DNA of 6,063 nucleotides from a virus (Duplodnaviria; Heunggongvirae; Uroviricota; Caudoviricetes): IMG/VR virus record IMGVR_UViG_2706794672_000006; one strand, 5' to 3'. Shown piece by piece: positions 5,435 to 6,063 of this stretch (position 1 is its first letter; each line of letters starts with the position of its first letter). The notes under the pieces were generated by a model. It saw only the letters and a program-made list of their open reading frames with translations, ran no database searches and was not told where the DNA came from. The position numbers and the translations under genes were made by a program.

Positions 5435-5691
5435 CAGCGCAGCACCTCCTGCACCAGTTTTTCAAACTTTCCGACTCTGGTTTCCAGCTCTGCCACACAG
5501 TCCACCAGCTCATCTACTGCTTTCTGTGCGCGATGCTTCGCCTGCATCAGTTCCCGAAGCGCGGGTACCATATCTTTACGGATAGCGTCTTTTGTTATGC
5601 CCGTTTTTTCGAGTTGTTCAGCATGACGCAGCATTTCCTGCGCGTGTTTACGCAATTGTTCAGGGGTAAAAGTCATTGTCTGGTTGTTCAA
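5434..5691 (-). CDS. Hypothetical nin-region protein (85 aa from TTG, 80 aa from ATG at 5676), predicted helical and highly charged
   Basis: GGAG Shine-Dalgarno motif 8 nt upstream of TTG 5689-5691. Stop overlaps the rusA start, which suggests translational coupling. No family recognised. Confidence 0.5.
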   Translation of the reverse strand: MNNQTMTFTPEQLRKHAQEMLRHAEQLEKTGITKDAIRKDMVPALRELMQAKHRAQKAVDELVDCVAELETRVGKFEKLVQEVLR

Positions 5692-5811
5692 AAGAAACGC
5701 TCCATCTTACTGCTGTCAGTTCGTTTATTACTGTATCTGCGCGGATTGCCGGGCTTCATGGGAGTGGAAAGCACCCGTGCACTTTCCTGGTCCACAGGCA
5801 GAAAATGTCCG

Positions 5812-5967
5812 TAGACTGGCCCCCTGAATCTCCAGACAACCAGTATCACTTAAATAAGTGATAGTCTTAATACTAGTTTTTAGACTAGTCATTGGAGTAC
5901 AGATGATTGATGTCTTAGGGCCGGAGAAACGCAGACGGCGTACCACACAGGAAAAGATCGCAATTGT
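5812..5967 (+). mobile_element. IS2 (IS3 family) left terminal fragment: left inverted repeat plus the first 21-22 codons of insC/orfA, then an abrupt junction
   Basis: TAGACTGGCCCCCTGAATCTCCAGACAACCA...TAGACTAGTCATTGGAG.ACAGATGATTGATGTCTTAGGGCCGGAGAAACGCAGACGGCGTACCACACAGGAAAAGATCGCAATTGT matches the recalled IS2 left end with about 3 mismatches. From 5968 onward the sequence no longer matches IS2. Confidence 0.75.
5903..5967 (+). pseudogene. insC: Truncated insC (IS2 orfA transposase) 5' fragment
   Basis: Encodes [22 protein letters not shown], then diverges from the expected QQSFEPGMTV and hits a stop at 6014-6016. Confidence 0.7.
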
Positions 5968-6063
5968 GTCAACGCCACGATGTTTGACCGTTATTTGCCA
6001 TTTTCATGCCCGCTAAATACTTTCGTTACTGATGCTGTCCGCTTTCCACCATTTCATCATCAC

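Noticed and set aside
5426-5946. ORFs 5426-5626 (+), 5533-5814 (+), 5676-5861 (+) and 5728-5946 (-)
   Set aside because: Antisense to rusA and the nin gene, or crossing the prophage/IS2 junction; none has start signals and they conflict with better-supported features.
5968-6063. Junction sequence after the IS2 fragment as the end of another IS (weak resemblance of CAATTG.GTCAACGC to an IS30-like terminal repeat)
   Set aside because: The resemblance is short and partly IS2-derived, and the position does not match an IS terminus; cannot be supported without a database search.
1-6063. CRISPR array or other multi-copy tandem repeats
   Set aside because: No regularly spaced short repeats; the only long repeat is the two-copy pR'/tR' module.

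Overview
This window reads as the late-regulatory region of a lambdoid (lambda-Q-type) enterobacterial prophage, with all credible genes on the minus strand (transcribed right to left). Order along the minus strand: IS2 left-end remnant (5812-5967, outside the operon, plus strand) | small nin-region gene (5691-5434) -> rusA (5434 into masked region) -> Q antiterminator (start masked, stop at 4237) -> pR'-like late promoter with pause element and tR' terminator -> small winged-helix-like gene (4012-3815) with its own terminator -> DNA methyltransferase (3664 into masked region) -> second near-identical pR'/tR' copy -> tRNA-Ile(CAU) -> tRNA-Arg(UCU) -> unknown cargo gene in the slot where Stx phages carry stxAB -> AT-rich segment with one opposite-strand ORF -> small conserved late-region gene (225-52). 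Four N blocks (1109-1314, 1374-1623, 2442-2691, 4859-5108) hide the 3' end of rusA, the 5' end of Q, the 3' end of the methylase and most of the cargo gene, so those boundaries are estimates. The candidates for something undescribed are the rare-codon-rich cargo gene beside the phage tRNAs and the winged-helix + orphan methyltransferase cassette bracketed by the duplicated Q-utilisation module. All family assignments are from recalled sequences and motifs, not from searches.
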